Assembly (NCBI GenBank): GCA_951406725.2
Contig: OX597837.1
Location: 16,244,001 to 16,308,000, forward strand
Direction: 5' to 3'
Origin: Octopus vulgaris
Lineage: Eukaryota
Length of the DNA stretch: 64,000 nucleotides
Shown: positions 36,901 through 51,232 of the stretch, in pieces
Layout of the letters: the number at the start of each line of letters is the position of its first letter
Numbering within the stretch: position 1 is the stretch's first letter
Translations under genes and position numbers: made by a program
Notes under the pieces: generated by a model
Seen by the model: the letters and a program-made list of their open reading frames with translations, nothing else
What the model was told of the DNA's origin: nothing
Database searches by the model: none

Positions 36901-39621
36901 TATATACATTTATCTCAGGCGGTCAGATAGACAGATGGGTCGAGGGAAAGAGAGTGAGAGAAAGGGTTTCCACCTTCCTATTCACCATTCATTTATTTAT
37001 TTACTTAGTCCTTTACCATTGTATTGGAATGGGTTTAATGATGGTGACCTCTTCAAAACTGCATCCTTCAAAACTTCCATGCTTCCTGAGATTCACCAAC
37101 ACTACACCTAACTCCGGACAGCAACTAGTTGAGGTCAGTAGCATATACTTATAAATGACAATACCCTCCACCTCCCACACGACACTACCAAAAATTTACT
37201 TCAGTCAGTTTGCTTCAAAGATGACCAAATGAATGGACCCTGATGAAGTTGCGCTGACAATATTGCAAAGCTGCATTTGCAATATTTGGGTAGTTGTTGC
37301 AGTGAAAACATGTATAAAGTAGGGCATTATAATATGCTGTACAGAACTATAAATTTTGTGAATCTACAAGTTTCCATACTGTTTATTCTTTTATATATAG
37401 ACACACAAGTGTTATGGAATGGAGTAGGGGAAACCCAGGCTCATAGTGAGTGGAACCTCAGAAGTGGTAAAATCCAAGTGAGGTGTATACCGTCGGCTAC
37501 TCTTCAGGCCCAGGATATCTTGATTAGATTAAAGCTACATTTTCGCAAAGAGGTACATGTTGACACAATGATTCATTCCCCATACTCCATTCCATAACTC
37601 TTGTATTCTTTTTCGCACACTTGGCAACCCTGGTTACCTACCAAGGAATATAATAGGAAGATTTTTCAGCTCATTGTTTTTTTATAAAAGAAAGAAAAAA
37701 AAGTCTACAACCATCTGTCTCAATAAACCACTGAAAGTTGTTTTTCTGTATTCATTACTACTTGCTCGGAGCTAACTATTTTCCTACACCGTGCCAGTGG
37801 CACGTAATATGCATCATCCGAACATGGCTGATGCCAGCACCGCCTTGACTGGCTTCTATGCCGGTAACGTAAAAAGCACCAACCGATCGTGGCCGTTGCC
37901 AACCTCCCTTAGCACCTGTGATGGTGGCACATAAAAAGCACCCACTACACTCATGGAGTGGTTGGTGTTAGGAAGGGCATCCAGCAGTAGAAACACTGCC
38001 AGATCAGACTGGAGCCTGGTGCAGCCTCCTGGTGCATGGAAAACGGACGTTAAACGATGATGATATGTATATATATATATATATATATACAATGGACTTC
38101 TTTCAGTTTCCATCTACCAAATCCACTCAGGACTTTAGTCAGTGCTATACAATGGGATTGAACCCACATGCACACATATACACAATGGGCTTTCACAGTT
38201 TCCATCAACTAACTTCACTCATAAGACATTAATCCTACCTGGAAGAAATCAGCTGTGGACAAGCCTGGAGAGGGAAGGATTCGACCAGCTTAGAAAGAAA
38301 TGTGATTCCATCCATCCCAAGACATGCCATACATCATGACAGCACTGTACGACTCCATCAAAAGTTAAGAGCTCGAGGAAGGACATGGAATGTCTATGAT
38401 CAAAGCGCAACAGTTACAGCTGAAAAGCCTTTGCTCATGATAGGTTTGCTCAATCAGAGTTGATCTGGAGCTACAAAATAAAACTACAACTGTACAATAT
38501 AATATTAATTTCTAATATAGGCAGAAGGACATATATTTAGTAGAAGGTGGATGTAATCAATTACATCAATTCCAATCCTTGACTGGCATTTATATTTAGC
38601 AATTCTGGAAAGGATGAAAGGTCATCGCAACCCAGTCTAGATTTGAACTCAGAACCAAACACAGTCAAATGCCTGATGCTGAACCAATTTTACCAGCTGC
38701 CTCTTCTTTAAATATGATGCTGCACAATGACAAAAGGCCAATGTGAGAGTCTATGCATGGTCACTCGATTTGCTAGAAATACCAACGGCAGTTGAAATTC
38801 CTTCATATCACACCACAATGTATTCCAACAGAAAACAGCCATTGAAAGAATAAAAGACCGGCTGGACACAGTTGGAATGCTTTTGATCATGGACTGGTTA
38901 GATAAAAATAGGCCTGGGGCTAAACTACTAGGACAGCATATTGAATTAGACAGTGGAACTAATGATCTCTGTATTATGAGAATGGCTGAAGGAATGAGAG
39001 TGATTTGATGGGAGATTAGTTGAAATGGTGGGTGGTTATGATAATCAACATCTGTGCAGTGGGGAGTTGGAAAATGCAAAACAAAAAAGAAATAATAAGC
39101 AGCCTACAATCAGTGATGGGTGGCCGTGGTGGTGGGCGGAGGATAGATTGGCTTGGTTCTAGAGTTTCATTGACCAGTCTGACAGGTTGAACTACTAGCA
39201 CAGACTGGACACATGGGAAGGTGGATGGGAAGGTGGACATGGGGAAAAGATGGACAGAAAAAATTAGAAGGAAAAGAAGGAAAAAATGGAGAGAAGAGAT
39301 GAAGAACAGGATGTTGGTGGTGGTGGTGGTGGTGGAAGTGAAGAAAAGGAGAATGAGAAGAAGGACAATGATGATAACAACATCATCATGATGGACACTA
39401 GTAACAAAAGTAAACAACAACAACAACAAAGACCTTATCTTCTACAAGAGCCACATCAACAGAACTGAAGATACTTCAGCTGGCTAAGAATAGCTTCATT
39501 TTACATCACATGTCCTCATTTGAGGCTGGTATTTGCTAGAGACAGGCAGACAGTCTCTGGCTAATCATTGAGAGGACATTGGTGTTGCTTTGACAGAGGT
39601 TTGTGCTCTCTGAGTACTCAA

Positions 39622-39660
<39 letters not shown>

Positions 39661-39870
39661 GAGGCAGCCAACTGGCAGAATCGTTAGCACACCAGGTGAA
39701 ATGCTTAGCGGTATTTCATCTGCCACTACGTTCTGAGTTCAAATTCTACTGAGGTTGATTTTGCCTTTCATCCTTTCAGGGTCTATAAATTAAGTACCAG
39801 TGAAACACTGGGGTCGATGTAATCGACTTAATTCCCTCCCACAAGCTGCCCTTGTGGCAAAAATTTGTAA
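39661..39870 (+). mobile_element. Family-B SINE flanked by (ATT)n on both sides
   Basis: CTGGCAGAATCGTTAGCAC..GAGTTCAAATTC..GCCTTTCATCCTTTCAGGGTC..AAGTACCAG. Confidence 0.85.
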
Positions 39871-39894
39871 TCATTATTATTACTATTATTATTA

Positions 39895-39928
<34 letters not shown>

Positions 39929-39944
39929 CATTTTTATTATTATT

Positions 39945-41234
39945 TTACTGTTTTTGCACAGCTTCTAACGCTGGAGATGTACTACAGTGTCAGCTGTTCA
40001 CTACCAATGAACTAAGATAACACCTCTTATTTTTCGAGCACCTTCCAGAGTATTCGAGCGGTTCCAAGTAGTGCTGTTTTCTGCAAGTGCTCCACCCTTA
40101 TTGCAGCCCCTATTTGTTCCATGTACTTCTCGAGATATTTGCTCACTATTCCCAGGGCTCTGACAATTATTGGTACTACTGCTACCTTTTTCATCGACCA
40201 CAACTACTTAACTTCCCAAGCTAACCTGTCATATCTCTCGACTTTTCTTTCTTCCTTATCGCATACCTTGTTGTCAGCAGGGCATGCTATGTCTATGATC
40301 CAGCATAGTTTTTCTTCCTCAATTAAGACTATGTCTGGCTTCCTATTCTTTATCTCATAGTCGCACTGAATCACAAAATACCCATAGGATCTTTGCATTC
40401 CTATTTTCGACAATGCCTTCAGGTTTGTGGTTGTACCAATTTTTTTCTCAGTCAAGTCCATACTTGTTGCGGAGTGTCCAGTGGACAAGCCTGGCTATAT
40501 TGTCATGGCATTTCTAATATTCCTTCTGGGCTAGAGGCATACATTAGCTGGTAATATGCCATATGGTTTCGCCGTTTTGTCCACAGATTCTGCACTTATC
40601 ACTTTCTGCCGTGTTCTCAATTCTGTATTTTATGTAGCTTGTTCTTAGTGCTTGCTCTTGGGCAGCACATTAGATCCTCCGTTTCCGGTTTTAAATCCCT
40701 TTTAGTCATCCACAGCCATCTTCTTTCTCTGTCTTATCTTCAATATCCCCATGAAATTGACCATGCATTCTTTTCTTTACCCACCTATTTTCAGTTCCAT
40801 TCGTTTTCAATTTCTTGTACGGTGCTTTATCTTTGCAGTCTTTCATCCTACACAAGCCCGACCTTCTTACTTCTAATAATAGTGGTTCTGTGGCATTTTT
40901 TACATACCATGTTATGCTGTTTTCTTCTGCTCTAATGCTGTGTTCGCATCCAATAAGTCCTCTTCCCCCTCTTTTTCTTGGTACATACAGTCTGTCTGTG
41001 TCACTTTTTGGGTAGAGTGACCCATATCTAGTTAGCAATTCCTTGTCTTTCTGTCTAAGCTGTTTAGTTCGTCTACTGTCCATGCGATTATCCCTGCTCC
41101 ATATCTAAGGAGTGAAACCGCTCAGGTGTTGATAGCTTCAATCTTATTCCATCCATTTAATTTCGACTTAATGATCAGTCTCAGTCTGCACAAGTACTCC
41201 ACCTTAAATTTTTCTGTCATTTCTTTCTCCATCA

Positions 41235-41238
<4 letters not shown>
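39945..41238 (-). mobile_element. R4/Dong-like LINE, 5'-truncated, with intact 3' end and (TAA)n tail
   Basis: [59 protein letters not shown] and LQKTALLGTARILWKVLE. The 3' end TGTGCAAAAACAGTAAAATAATAA runs into a microsatellite. Confidence 0.92.
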
Positions 41239-41267
<29 letters not shown>

Positions 41268-41268
<1 letters not shown>

Positions 41269-41825
41269 GGGTGAGAGAGCAGTGCATGCCATCAAAGTGA
41301 CACTGGGGTAAAATATATGAAACCCAGTATACCCATCATGACTACCCATTTGATAAGGGTACACTAGGCACATGCATCACAACCATGTGTGTGCGACATG
41401 GTGATCTCATATCAAGATAAATAGCACATGACCTTGCAGGTGGGGCCCAGTTAGAATTTTCTTCTGGTCGAGTAACCCATCCCGCTCAAAAGGTCCCTGA
41501 ATAAGGGCTGTTTAAGGATGTTGAACGAAGCACCCATGTTTCCAGAGGCAAATTATTCAAACCCCAAAGAATCCCCCTCAATACATGGCTTTGATGCTCC
41601 CCCACTATTTCTGCTCGTGATCAGAGATGCACATATCGTCAGCCACTAAGGGACATGCTCAACTGGTTAAGGCCAAACAACTGACAAGCAAACCTGTGGT
41701 ATTGAGCAGAGTATTTGCTGTAGCCCATCTTTTATACCAAGACAAAACAATGTACATGATAATACTTCCAATCAGTTAAGATCAGAAGCCACGAGAGCCA
41801 CTGCCTGGTACTGAATCAGGGCATT
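41268..41825. mobile_element. ~560-bp non-coding interspersed element flanked by (ATT)n on both sides (probable non-autonomous retroelement)
   Basis: Sharp transition from and back to perfect ATT repeats, higher GC and no long ORF. It resembles a common octopus repeat as I recall it; not verified. Confidence 0.55.
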
Positions 41826-41862
41826 AACATTATTATTATCATTATTATCATTATTATTATTA

Positions 41863-41903
<41 letters not shown>

Positions 41904-42651
41904 CATCATTATTATTATTATTAAGGCAGTAAGCTGGTAGAATTGTTAGCAAGCTTGGCAAAATGTTTAGTGGCATTTAGTTTGGCTTTACATTCTGAGT
42001 TCAACTTTGCTTTCATACTTTCAGAGTTGATGAAATGAGTACCAACTGAGTACTAGAATAGATATAATTGACCGTCCCCCTTCCCACAACATTTCAGGCC
42101 TCATGCTTATTGTAGGAAGGATAGATGTGTGTTTATCTACGTGTGTATATGTGTGCACATATATATATATAAATATACAAGTGTGTGTGTATGCATTTAT
42201 ATACATATATGTATATGTTTATATATGTATATACATATGAGCATATATTTATGTCTATCAATATGTGTGTGTGCACGTGTGTGTGTGTGTGTGAGTGCAC
42301 GTGTGTGTGTGTGTGTGTGTTAAAAAGAAGGACAAGTAAGAAGTTTTCATTGTTTTAAGAGTTAAAGAATAACTAACAGAATAAAGATTTTTGGATACTA
42401 ACCTGGAAGTAGTTTCAGCAAGGAGAAAAACAAACAACTTTTGGTCTAACACAACAACAACAGCAACAACAACACGAATCCCTTGAGTTTGTCAAATGAT
42501 TGAAAATTGCAAATGATTTTAAAGCAAGAAGTCAACTCTAAAACAAACCCTCTCTTTGCTTTCCACAACTTATGTAATGATAGAATGTGGAGTGTTACGC
42601 ATCATTCTACACATTTCTCATTCACAGGTATTTTCACACACAAATATGTAA

Positions 42652-42687
<36 letters not shown>

Positions 42688-42751
42688 ATCTTCTCTTTTT
42701 CTCAATCTGTTCAGCACAGATTGATTGCACACAAATGGATGTATTCATGAC

Positions 42752-42786
<35 letters not shown>

Positions 42787-42834
42787 TAAATATCACATTC
42801 CCATTCATTCACCCACACCTATACACATAGTTGC

Positions 42835-42872
<38 letters not shown>

Positions 42873-43031
42873 ATAAACACATACATTATTTCACATCAGG
42901 AAACTTGAAAACAAGTTCACACACACACACATATATATATATGAACTTGTTTACAAGATTGTTGATGTGAAATAGTGCATGTGTTTACTTGGCAAAAAAA
43001 TATAAAAATAAAAAAATTACCATCCCGAAAT

Positions 43032-43067
<36 letters not shown>

Positions 43068-43257
43068 CATACACACAAACACTGCACTGTTTAAGATGTG
43101 TGTAGACAATTCATTCAAGGTTGATGTAGAACTTGGATAAATTTAAGTTGCAGATAGTATTAGCCAGGGCCATATATATTTTAGTAGAAAAAGAGACTGA
43201 TAGAAGAAGTACTTGACTCAGAAAAAAAAAGTATTGGTGTTGTTTGTTCAACTAAAT

Positions 43258-43410
43258 CAGTGGTTCCCAACCTGCAGTCCGCAGAACCCTGGTAGTCCAC
43301 AAAAATAGTACTGGAGGTCCGTGAACTGAATTCAGAATTTCATATATATATATATATATATATGGGTAAGCATATTAAAACTCCTTTAAATAAAAGGGTT
43401 GGGAACTAAA
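43258..43410. mobile_element. hAT/Charlie-like MITE
   Basis: CAGTGGTTCCCAACC at the left and GGTTGGGAAC at the right. ACTAAAT occurs at both flanks. Confidence 0.55.
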
Positions 43411-44266
43411 TATTTCAAGCAATGCCCCAGTATGGCCATAGTTGAATGACTAAAACAAGTAAAAGATAAATAAATGGATACTTAAATAAACAACTATACA
43501 ATATGCAAGCCAACAGGGAGGAAGGAGTCCACTATGTGGTCACTCGACCTCCTAAAAATAATAGCAAAATCCCCCATAAGTCTTACCCTGTCTTCTCTAA
43601 AAAAATGCAAAATATTTGAAATGTGATCCTAGATATATAAAAAGCAAACAAATGAAAAGATTGGATGGTCAGAGTTGGAATGCCTTTTAATAAGAGATAT
43701 AGGTTTAAACAACAAATATGAATTATGGGATAAAAACTGAAAAAGGCAATACAATAAGGTTGAGGTGAAATGAAGCAAAGAAAATAAAGGAGATCAGAAG
43801 AAAAGAATGTTGACAAATATTTGTGTGTTTTTCTTCAATTTAACACCAAGCTTTTCTGGGTCAATGCACAAGAAGAGACAGATTGAAATGTTTTCAGGTC
43901 AGTTTACGTCAAGTCATTATCAATCAGGTAAGTGTATATGAGAAATAAGGCCTTCCTTGAGAAGATATTTATATAATCATAATAATATTAATCCTTTCTA
44001 CTACAGGCACATGGAGGGGGCAGTCGATTAGATCGACCCCAGTATGCAACTGGTACTTAATTTATCGACCCTGAAAGGATGAAAGGCAAAGTCAACCTTG
44101 GCAGAATTTGAACTCAGAACGTAAAGACAGACGAAATATCGCAAAGCAAATTTGGGGGAAGGGATTAAGTAGATTACATCAACCCCAGTGCATCACTGGT
44201 ACTTATTTAATCAACCCGAAAAGGATGAAAGGCAAAACCGACCTTGGTGAAATTTGAACTCAGTAT

Positions 44267-44437
<171 letters not shown>

Positions 44438-44759
44438 ATGATTTCAAATTCTGGTACAAAGTCAGCCAGTTCAGGAGAGAAGATATGTTGATTATATTGA
44501 CCCCAGTATGCAACTAGGCAAAGTTGACCTTAGTGGAATTTGAACTTAGAACATAAAGTCATATGCTAAGGATTTTGTCCAGCATGCTACATAATGATCC
44601 TTTCTACATGGTGTTGAGGCTAAATTTTATGATTTTTTTTTATGTTTCCTCTAAGGAACCACTTGATGTTTTAGTGAATATTGAACGGCTTTGGTGAGCA
44701 TTAAGATTAAAGTTGTAGTTGAGAAAAAGTTAGCTGACATTGAAAACTGGAAGCCATCT

Positions 44760-45330
44760 GAGTATTGGGAAAGAGTTGCCTGCATCCTGATGATTCACAT
44801 AAGGTATCAAAATGCTGACATCCTGACTGTTATTCCAATGCTCTGTGAAGGCTGTAAGATGTGACATGGATAACTGCAATGGATTCTACAAAGTCATGGT
44901 ATGGAGAAAGGGAAACAGCAGCTATTCCGACTGCATCTACACAACTCAATTCATCCCCACATCTTTGAACATGGCCTTAGGCTCAATTCAGATGGTTATG
45001 GGAAGCTGCTGGAAAAGGTTACTACTGGAAGGACTTGGCTCCTTCCATACCTACAGAAAAAATCAGAAGTAGTTGTCAAAGAATCTCTATGACTTCACCA
45101 GCCCCAATTTTTGGCCCCTTAATTCCCCTGATTGTAATCTCATGGATTACTGTGTGTGGGGCTTGGTCGAGAAAGACACAAATCTCTCTGTCTGAAACAG
45201 CAAGGCCAAGCTGGTGGTCAAGATCAAAGAGGTATTCAAAGATTTTGCCAGGATGCAGTGAGGATTGCATGTACCAGGTTCCAGTGCTGCCTTGAGGCCA
45301 TGGAGGAACTCTTGTCATCCCAGCCATAAT
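44760..45330 (+). mobile_element. Degenerate Tc1/mariner-superfamily transposase fragment
   Basis: FWPLNSPDCNLMDYCVWGLVEKDT is a decayed WPPNSPDLNPxDYxxW catalytic motif. Many stops and frameshifts. Confidence 0.7.
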
Positions 45331-45590
45331 CTTCTATTTTGGGATCGAATAGTGCTTTCTTTTTCTTTTATGCAAACTGTCAAATATAACCCAAACATCC
45401 TGTACTACAGAGCTAATGTCTAAAATCTGAGGTGAGGGATCAATCCAGGGTTCAGCTGGTTCTTATTTCATCAACCCTAAAAAAAATGACCTCAGTGGAA
45501 TTAATAGTCTCCAATATTAAATACATCAACACCAATTAGCTATTTTTCTTTCAATTCTACTTTTTTTTTTCTAGCGTGTGTGTACATATA

Positions 45591-45647
<57 letters not shown>

Positions 45648-48600
45648 TCATTGTCATCATCATCCTTTAACATCTGTTTTCCATGTTGGCATGGGTTGGA
45701 CGGTTTGACCAGAGCTGGCCAGCTGAAGAGCTGCACAGGCTTCATGAAGTACAGTGGGAAAATGATTGATGAGGTTGTGAATGGCAACAAAAGGACTATG
45801 ACTAACCTAGCTGATTGATTGATTGATAGTGAATGATTAATCAAACAATCAGTTAGTTAATTAGTTAACTGATTAACCAATTGGCAAATAAAAAATAAAG
45901 AAATGAAACTGAACCAGTCAGCTAGACCAGAAGCAAAGCTGGAATAGAGAGAGCATGTTATTAATGAGGTTGCATGTGATGACAAAAAAAAAAAAACTTT
46001 GAGTGACCTGGCTGATTGATTGATCAACAAAATGAATAATCAAGCAATCAGTTCATTTGTTTAAAAAGTAAACCAATTCACTAATAAAAATAAAGAGGTG
46101 AAACAGAAACCATGTGTGTGATTATTATTGACATAATGACCCTCCCAAGATACAGTAAAATATGTTTCAACACGGGAGTTCACATCAAGAATCTTGCAAG
46201 CCAAAAACAAAAATGACAAATAACTTCATTACAAATAGTAATAACAATTCCTTCTACTATAGACACAAAGTCTAAAATGTTAGGAGAGGGGTTAGTTGAT
46301 TACATTGACCCCAATACTTCACTGGTACTTCTTTTACCAAGCCCAAAAGGATGAAAGATTAAGCTGACCTCAGTGAAATTTGAATTTGGAACATAAAGAT
46401 GGGTGAAATATTTGTCTTGGTGTACTAACAATTCTGCCAGCTTACCGCCTTATGAATAATAATGATGATGATGATGGTTTCTGATATAGTCATAAGTCTA
46501 GTAATTTTGAGAGGCTAAAGTTAGTTAAATACATCAACCTTAATACTTGATTGGCTCCTCATTGACCATGAAAGAATGAAAGGCAAAGTTGTCCATGACA
46601 GGATTTGAACCCAGAACATAAAGAGCTGGAACAAATACCACAAAGTATATTTTTTCTAAAAATCTACCAATTCTGCCAATCTATTGCCTTCATTCTTCAT
46701 GAATGAAAATAATGTTACAAATTTTGTCACAAGGCCAGTATCTTTAAGGGAAGGGGATTAGTCAATTACACTGAGCCCAGCACTTGGCTGATAACCTTAT
46801 TTTATGAAGGCTGAAGAGTAAAGTTAATAAAAGTGAAGTTACCTTCACAAGTCAAGCCAACTCATAAGGGCTAGTTTCCCAGTTTCATGACATTTAAATC
46901 CCCTCACCCCCTTGGATGGGATGTCAGTCTATAGCAGGATTACTCATTTTGGCCAGCTGAGTGGACTGGAGCCACGTGAAATGAAATGCCTTGCTCAAGA
47001 TCACAATGCATCATCTGGTGCAGGAATCAAAACTTATGATCTTATGATCACGAGTCCAACACCCGAACCACTAAGCCTCCTACCTCCATGAACTCAGATT
47101 GCAGAGTCCAAAGAAATGTGCTGCTCAGCCTTTTGTTCAATATGCTGATGATTCCACCAGCCTCTCACCTTATGAATAACAATAATGCCAGCATGCGAAT
47201 AATTCTGCAAGCTCACCACCTTTGATATAGACACTTAAGGCTAATACATACATTCTTAGATAAGCTTTCAAGCCAGCTATTCATCATCATCATCATTGTT
47301 TAACGTCCACTTTCTATGCTAGCATGGGTTGGACGATTTTGACTGAGGGCTGGTGAATCAAGGCTCCATTCTTGATCTGGCAGAGTTTCTACAGTGGGAT
47401 GCCCTTCCTAACACCAACCACACCGAGAGTGTAGTGGTTGCTTTTTACGTGCCACCGGCACGGGGGCCAGTCAGGCAGTACTAGTAATGACATTGCTCGA
47501 ATCTTTTTACACATGCCACCGGCACAGGTACCAGTAAGGCAACGTTGGTAACAATCACGCTTGAATGGTGCCCTTTTACGTGCCACAGCACAGAGCAATA
47601 TGAAATAGTATATTCGTATAAGATGAAACATTATTATCATCACTTAATGACCATCTTCCAATCTAGCATGGATCGAATAAGTCAGAAGACTATGTCGTGC
47701 TCCAGTGTCTGTTTTGGCATGGTTTCTATAGATGGATACCCTTCTTCATGCCAACCACTTGATATATTTCTGGTGACACTGGCACGAGTGAGATCACTGA
47801 GTAACTTGCAAGACCAAGTAAAGATCTTTAACCAAACGGGGAATGTAGTAGGGAGGGAGGTGCCATTATGCCAGGTTTTGAGAAGCTAAAGTATAATAGA
47901 GACAGATGGGCATAAGTGTCATGCTCTACAAGAGATAAGGGGCTAGTCTACATTATATAAGAATAGCTGGAAAGAAATCAACAATGGTAGCGATAAGGTG
48001 TCAGAGCACACTCACAAGGTACATGAAGGTGAATATAGGAGAGAAAACAAAGAATTGGGAAGGGTGGGTGGATAAAATGCAATATCTATGACAGGACTTT
48101 AACCCATATTCTTTATATACCATTAGTCTAAGCACATGTCTCTTCACACTAGCATCTGGGATATGTTGCTGATGCCAAGAGAACTGAAAGCCAAACTCAG
48201 CTCAACAAGTAAGAGTTGGACATGAAATGTGAAAGTGACATAATTGATTGGAATAAAATCACTCACCAACACCCCAGCCCCCACCTCTAGTCCACAGAAA
48301 TTCTGTGTCCTCCCTCGACTTTTTTTCAACAGCTACTGCAATAGCCTCTGCTTCTCGGAACCAACTTATGCCTTATACCACCTCTACTTCATTACTTCTG
48401 ACCTTCTTGCCTCTCCCCACTTTATTCCCCAGTATTAGATCCACTCCCAGCAAAGCCCTTCACCAACAACTTCACCCAATCCTTTCTTGCTAGAACGACA
48501 CCCAACTGAAATTCCTGCTTGCCCAGATTTTTAATGAAGCTATCAAAGGAATATTATCACATTCATACCACTGGTATCCAACGGTTTACATATGCAGAGT

Positions 48601-49708
48601 TGTCTGTAGTAGTAGTAGTTGGAGATGCAGAAGAGGGTGGGGTCGTTGTGGTTGTTGGTGGTGGTGGCGGTGATGGTAGTCAGACTAGTTGTTATTGTTG
48701 TTTTAATTAGGGCACACAGCTACAAAAATTTTGGAAGAGGGTATACAAATTGATTAAATTGAACCATGTACTTAATTCCTGTTGCTCTACTGATTTCTAC
48801 CCAGCCACTGCCATCAATATTTATAATAATTAATATTGATTTCAAATTCTGGCACAAGGTCAGCAATTTGGGGGCAGAGGATGAGTCGATTACATTGACC
48901 CCGGTGTTCAACTGATCCTTATTTTATCAACCCCGAAAGGATGAAAGGCAAAGTAGGCCTTGGCAGTATTTGAACTCAGGAAGTAAAGACAATTCTGCCA
49001 GCTTGCTGCCTCCACTATAATAATTAATATTAATAATAATTAATTATCTGGAGAAATGATGTTTGCTATGACTAAATTCTCTCGCCAACAGACAATGTCG
49101 TTAATATTCCAGCTGACAAAAATTAAAAACAAAAGCCCATAATCCTGCTCTTATCCAATTAAGTTAAACTGCAGCTGAAGGATGACAAAGTGCAGATTAA
49201 CAGATCGTTATAAATGTAGATGTTGTTTCGCCATGGGTCAGTCTCAACTGAGTAAAGTCATGATCTATGACCAAAACACACTCCAGCCATGACTATTCTA
49301 AATTTTTTTTTTTAGGTGTACTCTATCTAGGACTTGACTATCTGACATCTTTCCATCTATTTTAAGACAATAAGGAGTTCTATAAGTGAGATTTGGCTGC
49401 TATTTATAGCGAGTTGAACAACCACGTTAAGACTTCCTAGTTGGTTCACAACAGGTTTTTCTTGCCTGGAGTGGGACAAATTTAATGAAAAGAGTAATGT
49501 AAGAGTGTTTTCTATATTCATAAAAACAGTTGGGAATTGAGGCAAGCATAGCTGATAATGTTTTCTTTTGCCTATATATGTATATATACTAATAATAATA
49601 ATACTAATAATTAGACAACAAAATAATGAATGAGGCCTTGATATTATGTAAATAGAGGAATTTATCTATAATATATGTGACAATTAGTCGGTTTCCATAA
49701 TAAAACTC

Positions 49709-49791
<83 letters not shown>

Positions 49792-51012
49792 GTGGTTTTA
49801 CAAATGGGAGATAGAACTCAATACACAAAGTAGAGTTTATATTCCTTAGTATGAGTTTATATTACACATATAGAGAGAGACAGATCGAGAGAGGCTACAT
49901 AATCAACGCAATACACTCGATTCTCTCACTGGTAACGCATTTTATGGAAACATTCGTCTTGTTTAACACCAACACCCGATCCTTGGACACTTTTAGCCGA
50001 AACCACCCGGTTTCAAGCATCCGGGTGTCAGTGCAATTTTTCTGAGGCTCTGAAGCAGGTCATGGGCGTTGGCCTCCCTTTTGTGATTGAGTTTTAGTAT
50101 CGGCATAGCCAAATATTAAAATAAGGATTCCGTATAGGATAATTAAAGAAAAGGGAGAAGAGCGAAATACCTACATACACTTTAGAATCATATTTTCATT
50201 TGAAAGGTATCGAGTTAAAAACATTCCACCCGGTCTGAGCTTTCTTTCCAAATATTTAAAATACAATAATTCTAACTGGGTATTAACGACAACACCAAAC
50301 AACACTCTTTAGCTTCACCCGTATCTAAACCCTTAAATCACAGCAGGCAATGGCATGTCCTTAGTTGTCGTGCTGCTTATTATTATTATTATTATTGGTT
50401 ACATAAACAAAAATCTAATACTCTTCTGCGAAACGGTTATACGGAGAGCTTGAAACCGGATCGGGGACTCGGTTCACAAAAATCTTGTCCCTAAATCTTG
50501 TCGTTGTGTTGCGATGCCGACTACTTTTGGCCCAAAATATAACTGTGCCAAGTCAGAGGAGTTATGGACACCAGTGAATGACTGGTACCTATTTTATCGA
50601 CTCTGCATGGGTGAATGGCAAGGTCAGTTCTTGTGCGGCTAATAATAATAACAAATAATAATAATAATAATATTTATTTGCCACAAGGTCAACAACGGAA
50701 CAACACAACATAATTATTTTACTCACAATCTTGTTCGTTTCTTTTGTTTGTTTGTTTCGAAGCGAGCTATTCGTCCCTTTTTCTGTTCTTTGTGCAGTCG
50801 TTCGCTTCTTGTCTTTATATGTCTATGGCTAGTCTTATGAGTCGGTGTAATCAATCCATAATTGCGATCCTGCTTCGCTGCTTCGTTTAGCAGTCGACGT
50901 CAACCGACATCTTTTACTGGTGCAAACAGGCAAAAGAGCGCCGAAACAAAGGCCCGTAACTCACAACCATTTCGGCTTTCCCTTTCGAAGCATTCGGGTT
51001 GTTGCTTCTTCG

Positions 51013-51232
51013 GGCGGCGGGCTGGCAGAACCGTTAACACGCCGGGCGAAATGCCTAGCGGTATTTCGTCTGTCTTTCTGAGCTCAAATTCCGCGCAGGT
51101 CGACTTTCATCCTTTCGGGGTCGATAAATTAAGTGCCAGTTACGCACTGGGGTCGATATAATCAACTTAATCCCTTTGTCTGTCTTTGCCCTCTCCGTGT
51201 TTAGCCCCTTGTGGGTAGTAAAGAAATATGTT
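51013..51232 (+). mobile_element. Family-B SINE, CpG-retaining copy
   Basis: GGCGGCGGGCTGGCAGAACCG...CTTTCATCCTTTCGGGGTCGATAAATTAAGTGCCAG...GTGGGTAGTAAAGAAATA. Confidence 0.88.
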
